The position numbers were made by a program, and so were the translations under genes. The notes below the pieces were generated by a model. It ran no database searches. It saw only the letters and a program-made list of their open reading frames with translations, and had not been told where the DNA came from. This document shows positions 49,782-59,549 of a stretch of DNA of 64,000 nt, piece by piece (within the stretch, counting starts at the first letter, position 1; each line of letters begins with the position of its first letter). Where the stretch lies: assembly GCA_963702435.1 (NCBI GenBank), contig CAVPCR010000001.1, forward strand, positions 992,001 to 1,056,000, read 5' to 3'. The stretch is from Candidatus Eiseniibacteriota bacterium (GTDB lineage Bacteria > Eisenbacteria > RBG-16-71-46 > CAVPCR01).

Positions 49782-50477
49782 CTACCATGGCAGGATCGCC
49801 TCCGCCATCAGGTCATGGAGCCGGCAGTCGGCCGCGCGATCCATGGACTCGATCCACGCGGCGAGCCTCTCCGCGGCGATTTGCGGCTCGGTGTCGGCAT
49901 CCACCGCCGCGGCGGTGGTCTTGAGCCGTCCGGGATGCACGGCGTAGACGCGGATGCCCTCCGCGCGGAGCTCCTGGTCGAGACAGGCCGTGAGCATGTT
50001 CTGAGCGCCCTTCGCGATCGCGTAGGAATAGATGCCGCGGAAGTCGCCGGCGAGAACCCCGGCGATCGACCCGAAGCGCGACGTGATGTTGACCACGGCG
50101 GGCCGCGCCGCGTTCCGGAGGAACGGCAACGCCGCACGCGTGCAACGGAAGGCACCCACGCAATGGACGCGGAAAAGCTCCTCGATGTCCTCCGGCTCGG
50201 TCTCGGGCAACCACCTGAGCTTCTTCACATCACCGGCGTTGTTGATGAGCACGTCGAGCGCGCGGGTGTGTGCACGGAGGGCCAGAGCGATCGCCTCTTC
50301 CACTGCGGGGAGGCCGACGTCGGCGCAGATCGGATGGCAGTTCTCGCGGCCGGCCCACTCGCGGGCCGCTTCCGGCCGGCGCACGAGCGGAAAGACCGTC
50401 CACCCGCCGCGCCGGTAGACCTCCACCAGCGCGCGGCCGAACCCGCGACTGGCGCCGGTGATCAGGACCGAGGCCAT
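49782..50477 (-). CDS. Short-chain dehydrogenase/reductase (CsgA-like)
   Basis: Motifs TGASRGFG, INNAG, YAIAK and VHPG. Confidence 0.88.
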   Translation of the reverse strand: MASVLITGASRGFGRALVEVYRRGGWTVFPLVRRPEAAREWAGRENCHPICADVGLPAVEEAIALALRAHTRALDVLINNAGDVKKLRWLPETEPEDIEELFRVHCVGAFRCTRAALPFLRNAARPAVVNITSRFGSIAGVLAGDFRGIYSYAIAKGAQNMLTACLDQELRAEGIRVYAVHPGRLKTTAAAVDADTEPQIAAERLAAWIESMDRAADCRLHDLMAEAILPW

Positions 50478-50520
50478 GGCACGCACTCCCTCCCTCCGCC
50501 GCCCGTGCGGGCGGGACAGC

Positions 50521-51276
50521 TCACGTCGCCGGCCTGATCCCCAGGAAGACATGCGCCGAGCCGGATTCGATCTCGCTGTGCACGAAGGGCAACGATCGCG
50601 CCTCGAATCCGGCTGCCGCGATCGCCGCGAGCCAGTGCGCATGGCTGAACAGGCCGCAGACATGGCGATCCTCGACGCAGCGCATGCGGTCGGGGCCTTC
50701 CCGAAGGACGTAGACCATGAAGGAGACGTAGGTCGAGTCGTCCACCACGGGGTCCCAGGTCCATTCGAGATAGCGCAGGCCGCGGTCTCCGCGGTCGTGA
50801 CCGCCATGGGACGTCCTCGTGCGGAACGTCTCGCGCGTCGCGTCGGGCGCGAAGAGGGCCGCCCCGCCGGGCCGGCAATGGACGTACGCCGTTTCGAACG
50901 CCCGGGCAAGATCCGCGTCCGATTGCATGTAGGCGATGGCGTCCTGGATGAAGACGGCATCGAACTCGCGCCCGAGCCGGACGCTCCGCATGTCGCCCTC
51001 GAGGTGTTCGCATTCTGGATTCAGCCGGCGGCTGACCGCGAGCATCCCGGGCGCCCGATCGACGAGCGTCATCCGGAAGTGCCTCTTCAAGTGCGAGGCG
51101 TTGTTGCCGCCGCCCGAGCCCAGCTCGAGGAGCGTCGCGGGCGGCAGCCCACAGGTCGCGAGCAGAGCCTCACGGTAGAAGGCCGCTTCCTCGGCGTAGT
51201 CCTCGGGTGCGGACAGGATCGGCCACCAGTCCGCGAGCTCGGTGTAGAGCCTGGGCAGATCCGGGGAGAAGGTCAT
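50521..51276 (-). CDS. Class I SAM-dependent methyltransferase
   Basis: Motifs LLELGSGGG and GDMRSVRLGREFDAVF. Confidence 0.88.
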   Translation of the reverse strand: MTFSPDLPRLYTELADWWPILSAPEDYAEEAAFYREALLATCGLPPATLLELGSGGGNNASHLKRHFRMTLVDRAPGMLAVSRRLNPECEHLEGDMRSVRLGREFDAVFIQDAIAYMQSDADLARAFETAYVHCRPGGAALFAPDATRETFRTRTSHGGHDRGDRGLRYLEWTWDPVVDDSTYVSFMVYVLREGPDRMRCVEDRHVCGLFSHAHWLAAIAAAGFEARSLPFVHSEIESGSAHVFLGIRPAT

Positions 51277-51286
51277 GTCATCGCCC

Positions 51287-52165
51287 TCACAACGCCGGCA
51301 GCGGCTCGCGGCGCCGCAACCATTCTGCCGGAATGTCCGTCGCGGCAAGCGCGACGATGCCGCCCACGATGGCACACGTCGTATCGCAATCCCCCTTGCC
51401 CCGGACCGTCCACCGGAGAGCCTCCTCGTAGCTCGCGAGATGATGGGCGGCGCTCCACAGGCAGAAGGGCACCGTGTCCTGAGCGGACACCGCGCGACCG
51501 GTGCCGAGAGTCCGCGCCGCGTGCCGGAGGTCGTCGGCCGGGATCGTGCGCGCCGTCTCGACGCCGCGCTTCGTCAGGCCATCGGGGATCAAGGGGAGGG
51601 CCTGCGCGAGCAAGGCGTCTCCCGACGGCGGATCGCCGCCGGCGGCGACAGATCCCGCGACGAGGGCCGCCGCCACCGCGACCGCGATGGCGCCGGCCTG
51701 GCCTTCGCCGTGCGCGTGCGTGACCTCGGCGGAGAGCCGCGCCTCGTACGCGGCGCGCGCCGGATCATCCGCGAAGAACGCCCCGATCGGCGCGGCGCGC
51801 ATGGCCGCCCCGTTGCCGTAGGATCCGCCGCCAAAGAGAGCGGGCGCCGCCAGCCGCCAGTCGCCGCCGGCCGCTATCTCGAGCAGGAGGTTCGCCGCAC
51901 CACCGCCGTAGCCGCGATAGGGATTCCGGCAGAAACGCGCTGCGAAGTCCGCTGCCAGCGCGTCCTGATCGATCGAGCCGCGGCGCTCGAGGATCGCGAT
52001 GATGGAGAGCGCCATCTGGGTATCGTCCGTCCACGGCCACGGCCCGGCCGGGAGATCTGCGAGCGATGACGCGGTGGACGAGATCGAGAAGAAGAGCTCG
52101 CCGAATGCATCTCCGGTCGCCAGTCCCTCGAGGCTCCTGAGCGCCCGCGACAGTCGTTCATCCAT
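51287..52165 (-). CDS. ADP-ribosylglycohydrolase (DraG/ARH family)
   Basis: Motifs GDAFG, WTDDTQMA, GNGAAMR, VTH and GDCDT. Confidence 0.9.
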   Translation of the reverse strand: MDERLSRALRSLEGLATGDAFGELFFSISSTASSLADLPAGPWPWTDDTQMALSIIAILERRGSIDQDALAADFAARFCRNPYRGYGGGAANLLLEIAAGGDWRLAAPALFGGGSYGNGAAMRAAPIGAFFADDPARAAYEARLSAEVTHAHGEGQAGAIAVAVAAALVAGSVAAGGDPPSGDALLAQALPLIPDGLTKRGVETARTIPADDLRHAARTLGTGRAVSAQDTVPFCLWSAAHHLASYEEALRWTVRGKGDCDTTCAIVGGIVALAATDIPAEWLRRREPLPAL

Positions 52166-52177
52166 GCGCGACTCCCT

Positions 52178-53074
52178 TCAACCTGCCCGGCCCGCTCGAT
52201 CGGTGCCCCGCCGCCATTCGAGCAAGGCCCCCGCGACCCACGTCGGCGCCGGCTGGTGGTAGATCACGGACGCATCGCTCGTCACGAGGTCCGGGATTCG
52301 CCCGCGCATGGGACCGCGCAGAAGGCGGAAGACCTGTCCCACATCACGCCCGTCGCTCTTCGCGACAACGCAGTGCGCATTGTACCCGTGGTAGTCGCCG
52401 CGCTCGAGGATCGCTATCCCCTCCTCGATCGTGCGGCGCGCCAGCTCGCGGCCCCCGGCCTCCGGCGAGAGCGACTGCTCGGGCGAGTCGCCGTAACCGA
52501 GTCCGTGGTGGAATGGATCGGTGGTCGCGACCACGACCGCCTCCTCGGCGAGGCGCGCGAGCTCGTCGATTCCCGGCAAACGCTCGGGCCGGCCGCCTGC
52601 CAGATAGGGATAGCGCTCGATGACCTGCGGGCCGGGGATGCCGCGCCGGCGCGTCTCCGCCGCGAGGAAGTGCCGAAAGCTCATGAGCGCGTGATCCTGC
52701 CGCCATTCTTCACGCCCGGGCAGACCGGGACCCTGGATGCCCCAGACCGGGAACCGCGCCGGATCCTCCCCCGCCGCGACGCGGACGCGGGCCTCCTCCA
52801 GCTCGTCGCTGAAAGCGTGGAGGACGCTCAGGACCAGGACCCGGTCGGCGCCGCTATCCAGGCAGGCGTGCACGGCGGCGGCGATCTGGTGGCCGCAATC
52901 GCGCACGCGCGCATGGGGAAAGACCACGACGCCGCGCGCCGCGAGTACGGGGGCGAGGTCGAAGCGGCGCCCGTGCTCGAGGAGCTCCGCCGTCCCCGCC
53001 GCGCCGAGCTCCGCGTGGTCGGTGCGATACAGAGCGTGAATCTCATCGCGGAGCCGGCGCCGATCGAGCGTCAT
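52178..53074 (-). CDS. Hypothetical protein, distant Memo/LigB-like fold
   Basis: FPHA...CG, VLH, DHAL and ATTDPFHHG loosely parallel the Memo motifs PHAG, EHS and SSDFSHYG. Confidence 0.55.
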   Translation of the reverse strand: MTLDRRRLRDEIHALYRTDHAELGAAGTAELLEHGRRFDLAPVLAARGVVVFPHARVRDCGHQIAAAVHACLDSGADRVLVLSVLHAFSDELEEARVRVAAGEDPARFPVWGIQGPGLPGREEWRQDHALMSFRHFLAAETRRRGIPGPQVIERYPYLAGGRPERLPGIDELARLAEEAVVVATTDPFHHGLGYGDSPEQSLSPEAGGRELARRTIEEGIAILERGDYHGYNAHCVVAKSDGRDVGQVFRLLRGPMRGRIPDLVTSDASVIYHQPAPTWVAGALLEWRRGTDRAGRAG

Positions 53075-53093
53075 GGCGCTCCTTCCTCCCGCA

Positions 53094-53735
53094 TCACCGC
53101 TCGCCGGCGACGGCGAGCCCCATGAAGAAATCGACGAGTCCGGTCTCGAGCGAGTACTCGGCGCCGGCCACGACGAGACCCTCGCGCTCGATCAGATCCT
53201 CGAGGATCTCCGAGCCGTGGCGAAGGTGGTTCACCGACGCGCGCACGTTGGCCCGGACGGCTTGCCGCACCAGCGCGTCCGTGTCATCGCGCAGGTCCGT
53301 GGCGAGCAGGGTCTCGACCGACGGGCGGATGCGATCGACGATCGAGCGCAGATTGCGCGACTGCTTCGCAGCCGGGCGGCGGAGCTCATCCAGGGTGGCC
53401 AGGATCGCCCCGCACTGTGTGTGCCCGAGGACAACGACCAGTCGCGTGCCGAACTTGGTGGCCGCGAACTCGATGCTCCCGACCTGGGACGAGGCGACGA
53501 TGTTGCCGGCGACGCGGATCACGAACAGGTCACCGAGACCCTGATCGAAGACCAGCTCGGCCGGAACGCGCGAGTCGGAGCAGCCGAGGATGATGGCGAA
53601 GGGCTCCTGGCCGGCGACGAGGTCGGCGCGTCGCGTGTGGCTGAGGAACGTGTCGAGGCTCCGGATGTTCGATGCAAAGCGCCGGTTGCCTTCACGCAAT
53701 CGCTCGAGTGCTGCCGGTGCGGATATCATGCCCAT
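53094..53735 (-). CDS. Beta-class carbonic anhydrase
   Basis: Zinc-ligand motifs CSDSRVP and HTQCGA, plus FVIRVAGN. Confidence 0.92.
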   Translation of the reverse strand: MGMISAPAALERLREGNRRFASNIRSLDTFLSHTRRADLVAGQEPFAIILGCSDSRVPAELVFDQGLGDLFVIRVAGNIVASSQVGSIEFAATKFGTRLVVVLGHTQCGAILATLDELRRPAAKQSRNLRSIVDRIRPSVETLLATDLRDDTDALVRQAVRANVRASVNHLRHGSEILEDLIEREGLVVAGAEYSLETGLVDFFMGLAVAGER

Positions 53736-53949
53736 CGGTACTCCCAGCAGAGCGGCGGCTGCCCGTCGCGGTGGTCAGCTCGTGTCGGCCGGCACAAGCC
53801 GGCGGGCCAGGATGCCGCATCCGGTGCCGGCCATCGCCACACCCGGCGAAGAGAGGACCGTGTGCTCATCCAGATCTCCATTCAAGATGCCGGCCGGGCG
53901 CGGAGAGCACGCCCGGGGCGAGCCCACCGCGAGGTCGGCAGCCGATCGA

Positions 53950-54222
53950 TCAGAGCCGCGGAGCCATCTCCGCCGCGGCCGCGGCCGAGGTCATCACCGG
54001 ATGCACCTCGAACTCGACCAGATCCTCCCACCGGGAAAGCCACTGCGCCAGAACCTCGCGGTCCTCGCACTCCATGATCTGGAAGCAGCATCGAAGGTCC
54101 GTGGTGACCCAGCTGTCGATGTAGCGGAGCCCTGCGGGCGCGAGCCGGCCCCGGTCGCGGAAGCGACGGTACACCGGCACGGCATCGCCTTGACGGAAGC
54201 GCTCGACGATCATGAAGACCAA
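53950..54222 (-). CDS. DUF3303-family protein
   Basis: FMIVERF...YRRFRDRGR..P.GLRYIDSWV...CFQIMEC...WEDLVEFEV. Start placed at TTG 54222 after GGAGGAG. Confidence 0.8.
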   Translation of the reverse strand: MVFMIVERFRQGDAVPVYRRFRDRGRLAPAGLRYIDSWVTTDLRCCFQIMECEDREVLAQWLSRWEDLVEFEVHPVMTSAAAAAEMAPRL

Positions 54223-55046
54223 GGGACTCCTCCTGTGGGGGGCGCCGGAGATTGTGCGCCACCGCGCCAGGCCTCCTCCAGAACCACCCGGAAGAGCCCG
54301 TCCAGCGCGGCGACGGGTGCCGTCCGGCTCGCCCACGGGGCCGACATCGCGCCGAGGCGGGCCATCTCCGTGGCGATGAACTCGCTGAGCACCGGCATCC
54401 GCGGTCCCCGATCCAGCTCGACCCCGGCGCGCTTGGCCGCCAGGAGCTCCCCGATGGCCTCGCGGACGGCCGGGTCGGCCACCGTGGCGTCCACCAGCAT
54501 GGCGAACTCGATGGGAACGGGGCCGAGCCCCTGCTCGATCCACCGCATCGCGAGGAGCGGCCGCAGGACGTAGAAGTACTTCTTTCGCCACACGCTGTCG
54601 CCGCTCAGGTACTCCCGGATGTTCCCGCGAGCCATGTGGAGATAATGGTAGAAGCTCGCGCCGGGCGAGTAGACATCCGGGAGCAGGGCGCGCAGCCGAG
54701 CGCCGAGCGAACACCGCTCGCGGTAGATGATCGGGCACTGCAGCCACTCGATCAGCGGCGGATTGGACTTCCTGAAGAGCCGGAGCGCCTTGCGCAGGTC
54801 CCAGCCGCAGAGGTCGATCGAGTCGCGGAGCGGGTACTCGATGACATCCCGTTTCTCTTCGAGATCGATGGCAAGATACCAATCGGAAGGACGGACGTAG
54901 ATGAAACGAACATCATAGTCGGAGTCGGCGGACGGGAACCCCCACGCCCGGCTTCCGGACTCGACCGCCAGCAGGATCAAGGCATCGCCGCCGCCCTCGA
55001 CCTGATCGAGGGCCTGATGGATGGAGGCGATGACCTGCTCGTTCAT
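54210..55046 (-). CDS. Predicted nucleotidyltransferase (YcgL/Nuc-transf family)
   Basis: Motifs ESGSRAWGFPSADSDYDVRFIY, GWDLRKAL, SNP.LIEWL and KKYFYVLRP. Confidence 0.88.
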   Translation of the reverse strand: MNEQVIASIHQALDQVEGGGDALILLAVESGSRAWGFPSADSDYDVRFIYVRPSDWYLAIDLEEKRDVIEYPLRDSIDLCGWDLRKALRLFRKSNPPLIEWLQCPIIYRERCSLGARLRALLPDVYSPGASFYHYLHMARGNIREYLSGDSVWRKKYFYVLRPLLAMRWIEQGLGPVPIEFAMLVDATVADPAVREAIGELLAAKRAGVELDRGPRMPVLSEFIATEMARLGAMSAPWASRTAPVAALDGLFRVVLEEAWRGGAQSPAPPTGGVPWSS

Positions 55047-55492
55047 TCAGTCCCGGCCCTGGTGAGGAGATCAGACAGGCGCTCGCGGAGGCCTTCCGGA
55101 TAGATCGTCTCGCCGGTGTCTCGCAATGCTGCGGGCGACCACCAGCGCAGCTCCTGGATGTCCTCCGCAGAGGTATTCTCCACCGCCGGCTTCACGGATG
55201 GCAAGCGCACGGCGAAGTAGCGTTCGACCTGATCGACCATACGACCCTGGATGCGGAATTCGAAGCGCCCTGCCCAGAGCTCGGGGCCGGGCTCGATCTC
55301 GAGGCCGGTCTCCTCCCGCACCTCGCGCGCGGCCGCCGCCCGATAGTCCTCCTCCGGCTCGAGGCCGCCGCCCGGAGGAGCCCAGTAGGAAACGACGCCT
55401 CGATCGCCGGCCTCCGTGTACCGGCAGAGGAGGACGGCACCCTCGGCATCGAAGATCACGACCCGCGCGACGCGCCTCAACGGCAGCATCAT
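55043..55492 (-). CDS. NUDIX hydrolase
   Basis: Nudix box PGGGLEPEE....AAAREVREETG. ATGA overlaps at both ends. Confidence 0.85.
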   Translation of the reverse strand: MMLPLRRVARVVIFDAEGAVLLCRYTEAGDRGVVSYWAPPGGGLEPEEDYRAAAAREVREETGLEIEPGPELWAGRFEFRIQGRMVDQVERYFAVRLPSVKPAVENTSAEDIQELRWWSPAALRDTGETIYPEGLRERLSDLLTRAGTE

Positions 55493-55863
55493 CCCTCGAG
55501 ACCCGCAACATGCGTGAACGTCAGCCGGTTGCCAGAGGGATCCCGCACCGACATGTCCCGGGTACCCCACGGCATCTCCTCGATCTCTGGTCGTGCGTAC
55601 CGGTAGCGCTTCGCCGCGAGCTCGGCCTGGAACGCGTCGAGGTCGCCGGTCGCGATCCGCACCGCGGCGCCCGGGCTCGAGTCGCCGTGGTGCTCGGACA
55701 GGTGGAGTACGCAGCTGTCCTTCGAGATCTGCATGTACAGAGGGAGCCCCGGCTCGAACCGGTGTTCCCAGTCGACCTGGAAGCCGAGGAAGTCGAGGTA
55801 GAACTCCCGCGCCTTCGACTCATCGAACATGCGCAGGATTGGTGTCGCAGGACCGAAGCTCAC
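55489..55863 (-). CDS. Glyoxalase/bleomycin-resistance (VOC) protein
   Basis: PILRMFDESKAREFYLDFLGF.VDWEHRF, LHLSEHHGD and PWGTR..DPSGNRL. Has its own GGAGG RBS and GTG at 55863, and is also in frame with the upstream DUF1801 region. Confidence 0.85.
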   Translation of the reverse strand: MSFGPATPILRMFDESKAREFYLDFLGFQVDWEHRFEPGLPLYMQISKDSCVLHLSEHHGDSSPGAAVRIATGDLDAFQAELAAKRYRYARPEIEEMPWGTRDMSVRDPSGNRLTFTHVAGLEG

Positions 55864-56139
55864 GGTTCCTCCGTTGCTCGTTTCGTAATCCTGGAGCTCG
55901 TCCTTGAAGGCCTCGACGATGGAGGAGCTCATCGGGTAGAACGCGCAGTGGTTCGCGGTCGCGCCGAAACCGACGAGCACCTTGCCGTCGAGGCGGAAGG
56001 CAGGGAGCTGATAGCTGATGCACTCCTCGGCCCCGGGCGCCATGTGCCCGATGATCTCTCGGAGTCGCTCCAGCACGGCGCGCTGATCATCGCGCACGCC
56101 GGCGAGGTATTCGTCGATCGTGGGTAACTTGCCTGCCAT
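55864..56139 (-). pseudogene. C-terminally truncated DUF1801/YdhG gene read through into the glyoxalase gene
   Basis: TIDEYLA...LERLREII...AEECISYQLPAF...HCAFYP...YETS, then no stop codon and no final helix. Confidence 0.65.
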
Positions 56140-56212
56140 GGCCGATATCCCTTTCGAGCGCGAACACCTGGCCGGCGCGGCGTGACTCAGTGCACCCTGA
56201 TGATATCGGCTG

Positions 56213-57109
56213 TCATCTGACCGCGGCAAGGAACTCGAGCACCGCCTTGTTGAATGGATCCGGGACTTCCAGGTGAGGCAGATGCCCGCTGTGTGCCAGC
56301 ACCAGACGCCGCGATCCGGCGATTCCCGCCTCGATCACGCCGACATGCGCGTGCACATCGGGGATGTCCGACTCGCCCGTCACGATCAGAGTCGGCACCT
56401 TGATCTCCGGCAATCTCGGCATGGCCGGCGTGCGCGGCCATCGCGCGTGGTTTCCCGAGCCGGTCAGATCCTGTGGATTCGCGGTCAGCAACGACCGCAT
56501 GGTCTGCCTGGCGGCCGCGCTCTCGGGAGCGGTGAGCCATGGATCGACCGACGTCCAGTACCGGATCTGCTCTTCCACCGGAGCATCGCCCGCCGGTTGC
56601 CCGCGACCTCCGCGCGTCCGGAAGTGCTCGGAGAATCCGAACCCGCTGACGATCGGACCCACCAGCACCAGCGACTCGACCATCTCGGGGTGATCCAGGG
56701 CGAAGCAGATGGCGAGGAGGCCGCCCGCGGAGCAGCCGAGGAGGGTGGCACGCTCCACTCCCAGAGCCGTCATGAGCGCATGCAGGTCCTCGAGATTGGA
56801 GAACGGTGCTGCCGGCGGGTCGGATCGGCCGTAGCCGCGGCGGTCCCAGCGGATCACGCGATGGCTCCGGGCGAACTCGGCGAACTGGGCATTCCAGGTC
56901 TCGCGGTGCAGGGTGCCGTCGTGGATCATGACGATCGCGGGGCCGCGACCCGCGGCCTCGTAGAAGATCCGTCCGCCGGCCACCTCGACGAAGCCGGACT
57001 CGACGAGAGAAGAGTCCGCTGCACCTCCGGCCGGTGCCGGCTGGGCCGCGGTGCCTCCCCCGAAGCTCACCAGGACAAGGAGACAGAACGGCAGGATGTG
57101 CTCTTTCAT
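56213..57109 (-). CDS. Exported alpha/beta hydrolase
   Basis: Signal peptide, IHDG, DRRGYGRS, nucleophile elbow GCSAGG, GESD and SGHLPH. Confidence 0.88.
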   Translation of the reverse strand: MKEHILPFCLLVLVSFGGGTAAQPAPAGGAADSSLVESGFVEVAGGRIFYEAAGRGPAIVMIHDGTLHRETWNAQFAEFARSHRVIRWDRRGYGRSDPPAAPFSNLEDLHALMTALGVERATLLGCSAGGLLAICFALDHPEMVESLVLVGPIVSGFGFSEHFRTRGGRGQPAGDAPVEEQIRYWTSVDPWLTAPESAAARQTMRSLLTANPQDLTGSGNHARWPRTPAMPRLPEIKVPTLIVTGESDIPDVHAHVGVIEAGIAGSRRLVLAHSGHLPHLEVPDPFNKAVLEFLAAVR

Positions 57110-57128
57110 CGTAATCCCTCCCCGGGCG

Positions 57129-57785
57129 CTATCGCAGCGGCCGCACGCTGACTTCCCGGAAGAACACGGTGTCCTGGTCGCCGTGGTTCTGCAAGCCGAT
57201 GTACCCGATCCGCGGCCGCGGGCCGCGATCGGGCTCCCACGCCTCCTTCTTGGGAGGCACGGCCTGACCCTCGCGATAGTCGGTGACCTGGACGCCGTTG
57301 ATCGTCACCGTGGTGCGATCGCCGTCGAGCGTGATCTCCATCGTGTTCCAGTCGTCGGCCCGAGCCGGCCGGGCGGTCGGTCGAGTCAATGAGTAGAGCG
57401 CCCCGGTCGCATGGTACTCGTCGGCGCGGTCATCGATCTGGACCTCGTAGCCGCGGTTGACCGGCATCCAGGGGTCGCGGGGCTTCTTCGGAATCCGGAT
57501 GAACACGCCGGAGTTCGTGCCGCCCGGATTGCGATAGACAACTCGAATCACCACGTCGCCGAACGACTCGCGGGTGTACCACAGGAGGCCCATGCCGCCC
57601 TGAGCCTTGAGCGCGCCGTCCTGAACGACGAACTTGCCCGCGCCGACATGCTTCCAGCCGGTCAGGTCCCGTCCGTTGAAGAGATGTCTCCAGGAGTCGC
57701 TCTGCCCGGCGCTGACTCCCGACATCAAGGCCGCCGTGGCGAAGGCCACGGTGGACTGGCGCGCCAACCGATCGAGAGGGCTCAT
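57129..57785 (-). CDS. DUF1080 (3-keto-disaccharide hydrolase family) protein
   Basis: Motifs LFNGRDLTGW, NSGVFIR, YEVQI, TGALY, WN.MEI, GYIGLQNH and FR. Confidence 0.88.
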   Translation of the reverse strand: MSPLDRLARQSTVAFATAALMSGVSAGQSDSWRHLFNGRDLTGWKHVGAGKFVVQDGALKAQGGMGLLWYTRESFGDVVIRVVYRNPGGTNSGVFIRIPKKPRDPWMPVNRGYEVQIDDRADEYHATGALYSLTRPTARPARADDWNTMEITLDGDRTTVTINGVQVTDYREGQAVPPKKEAWEPDRGPRPRIGYIGLQNHGDQDTVFFREVSVRPLR

Positions 57786-57913
57786 CCGGTGCTCTCCTTC
57801 TCCCCGGTCAGCGGCGGCGGCGCCGGGGCGACGAACGCCGTATCACGCTAGCAGGAGGCGCCCGCAGGCTCAAATGCTGCCTCGCCGCGCGCCGCTCGCG
57901 TACCATGGTCGGC

Positions 57914-59515
57914 ATGTCCGCCACGCTGGCCGAGGTGGCCGCCACCTCGCTCGCCGTCCGGGAGACCGCGAGCCGGATCGAGAAGGAGGAGCGCCTCGCC
58001 GCGCTCTTCGCGCGCCTCGACGCGGCCGATCTCGCCCTCGCCGTGAGCTATCTCGCGGGCGAGATCCCGCAGGGAGCGCTCGGCATCGGCTGGAAGGCGA
58101 TCGCCGCGGCCCTCGACGCACCGCGCGCGGCGGCCGCGGCCGATCGCAACCTGTCGCTGTTTCCCCCGGCCGAGGCGACGGCCAGCACCGGGCCGCTCCT
58201 CCTCGCCGAGCTGGACCGCTCCCTCACGGCGATCGCGCGCACGCGCGGTAGCGGGTCGGTGTCGCGCGCGGCCGCGCTCCTCCGCGATCTCATCGACCGC
58301 ACCGGCCCGAAGGGGCGGGACTTCCTCATCGCGCTCCTGGCCGGCGAGCTTCGCCAGGGTGCGCTTCGCGCGGTCGTGCGGGCGGCGGTGGCGCGCTCGC
58401 TCGCGGTGCCGCCGGAGTCGATCGCCCGCGCCGAGATGTTCGGCGGCGATCTCGCTCTCGTCGCCGCCACGATCCGGCGCGAGGGACCGGCCGCCCTCGC
58501 CCGCTTCGCGCCGCGGCCGTTCGTTCCGGTCGCGCCGATGCTCGCCCGTTCGGTCGCGACCGTGGAGGAGGCGCTCGCCGATCTCGGCCCCGCCGCCGCC
58601 GAGACCAAGCTCGACGGGGTGCGCATCCAGCTCCACAAGGACGGCGATCGCGTGCGCGTCTTCACGCGCCAGCTCCGCGACGTGAGCACCAACGTGCCCG
58701 AGATCCTCGCGATCGGGCGCGCGCTCGCCGCGGCGAGCGCCATCCTCGAGGGCGAGACCCTCGCCCTCGACGCGAGCGGGCGACCGCTCGCCTTCCAGGA
58801 CACGATGAGCCGCATCGGGAGGGAGGATGCGACCGCCGCCCGCGCCGAGCGCCCGCTCAGCGCGCTCTTCTTCGACCTCCTCTACCGGGACGGCGAGCCG
58901 CTCATCGATCGGCCGTACAGCGAGCGCTGGGTGGCCCTCGCCGCGACGACGCGCGGCGCGCATCTCGTCCCGCGCGCACTGGTCGTGGACCCGGCGGAGC
59001 TCGCCCGTTTCTACGAGAGCTCGCTCGCCGCGGGCCACGAGGGCGTGGTCGTGAAGGCGCTCGCCGCCCCCTACGCGGCCGGGAAGCGCGGCGGCCAGTG
59101 GCGGAAGCTCAAGCCGGCGCCCACCCTCGACCTCGTCATCCTCGCCGCCGAGTGGGGGCACGGCCGCCGGCGCGGGTATCTCTCGAACCTGCATCTCGGC
59201 GCCCGCGATCCCGAGGATCCCGCGCGCTTCTGGATGCTCGGAAAGACCTTCAAGGGACTCAGCGACGAGATGCTGCGCGCGATGACCGCGGATCTGCTCG
59301 AGCTCGCCACCGGCGATCCGCGCCAGCACGTGGTCCTCGTGCACCCCGAGCGTGTGGTCGAGATCGCGTTCGACACCGTACAGCGGAGCCCGCGCTACGA
59401 CTCGGGTCTCGCGCTCCGCTTCGCGCGGGTCAAGCGCTTCCGCCCCGACAAGTCACCGGCCGCGGCGACGACTCTCGACGAGGTGCGCGCGATCCACGCG
59501 CGACAGAACCCGTAG
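57914..59515 (+). CDS. ATP-dependent DNA ligase (LigB/archaeal-type)
   Basis: Adenylation motif KLDG, then RIQLHK, EGE, FDLL, EGVVVK, W.KLK and LRFAR..R.RPDK. TACCAT lies 7 nt before ATG 57914. Confidence 0.92.
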   Translation: MSATLAEVAATSLAVRETASRIEKEERLAALFARLDAADLALAVSYLAGEIPQGALGIGWKAIAAALDAPRAAAAADRNLSLFPPAEATASTGPLLLAELDRSLTAIARTRGSGSVSRAAALLRDLIDRTGPKGRDFLIALLAGELRQGALRAVVRAAVARSLAVPPESIARAEMFGGDLALVAATIRREGPAALARFAPRPFVPVAPMLARSVATVEEALADLGPAAAETKLDGVRIQLHKDGDRVRVFTRQLRDVSTNVPEILAIGRALAAASAILEGETLALDASGRPLAFQDTMSRIGREDATAARAERPLSALFFDLLYRDGEPLIDRPYSERWVALAATTRGAHLVPRALVVDPAELARFYESSLAAGHEGVVVKALAAPYAAGKRGGQWRKLKPAPTLDLVILAAEWGHGRRRGYLSNLHLGARDPEDPARFWMLGKTFKGLSDEMLRAMTADLLELATGDPRQHVVLVHPERVVEIAFDTVQRSPRYDSGLALRFARVKRFRPDKSPAAATTLDEVRAIHARQNP

Positions 59516-59549
59516 CGTGACGCCCGGATGAGGCGCTTGCAAGCTCCGG

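Noticed and set aside
49782..57785. Bona fide integron
   Set aside because: There is no tyrosine recombinase and no recognisable attC inverted-core sites. Most intergenic gaps are too short to hold one.
57914..59515. ATP-dependent ligase as a prophage or NHEJ marker
   Set aside because: No phage genes, Ku gene or LigD polymerase/nuclease domains are nearby. It looks like a stand-alone LigB-type ligase.
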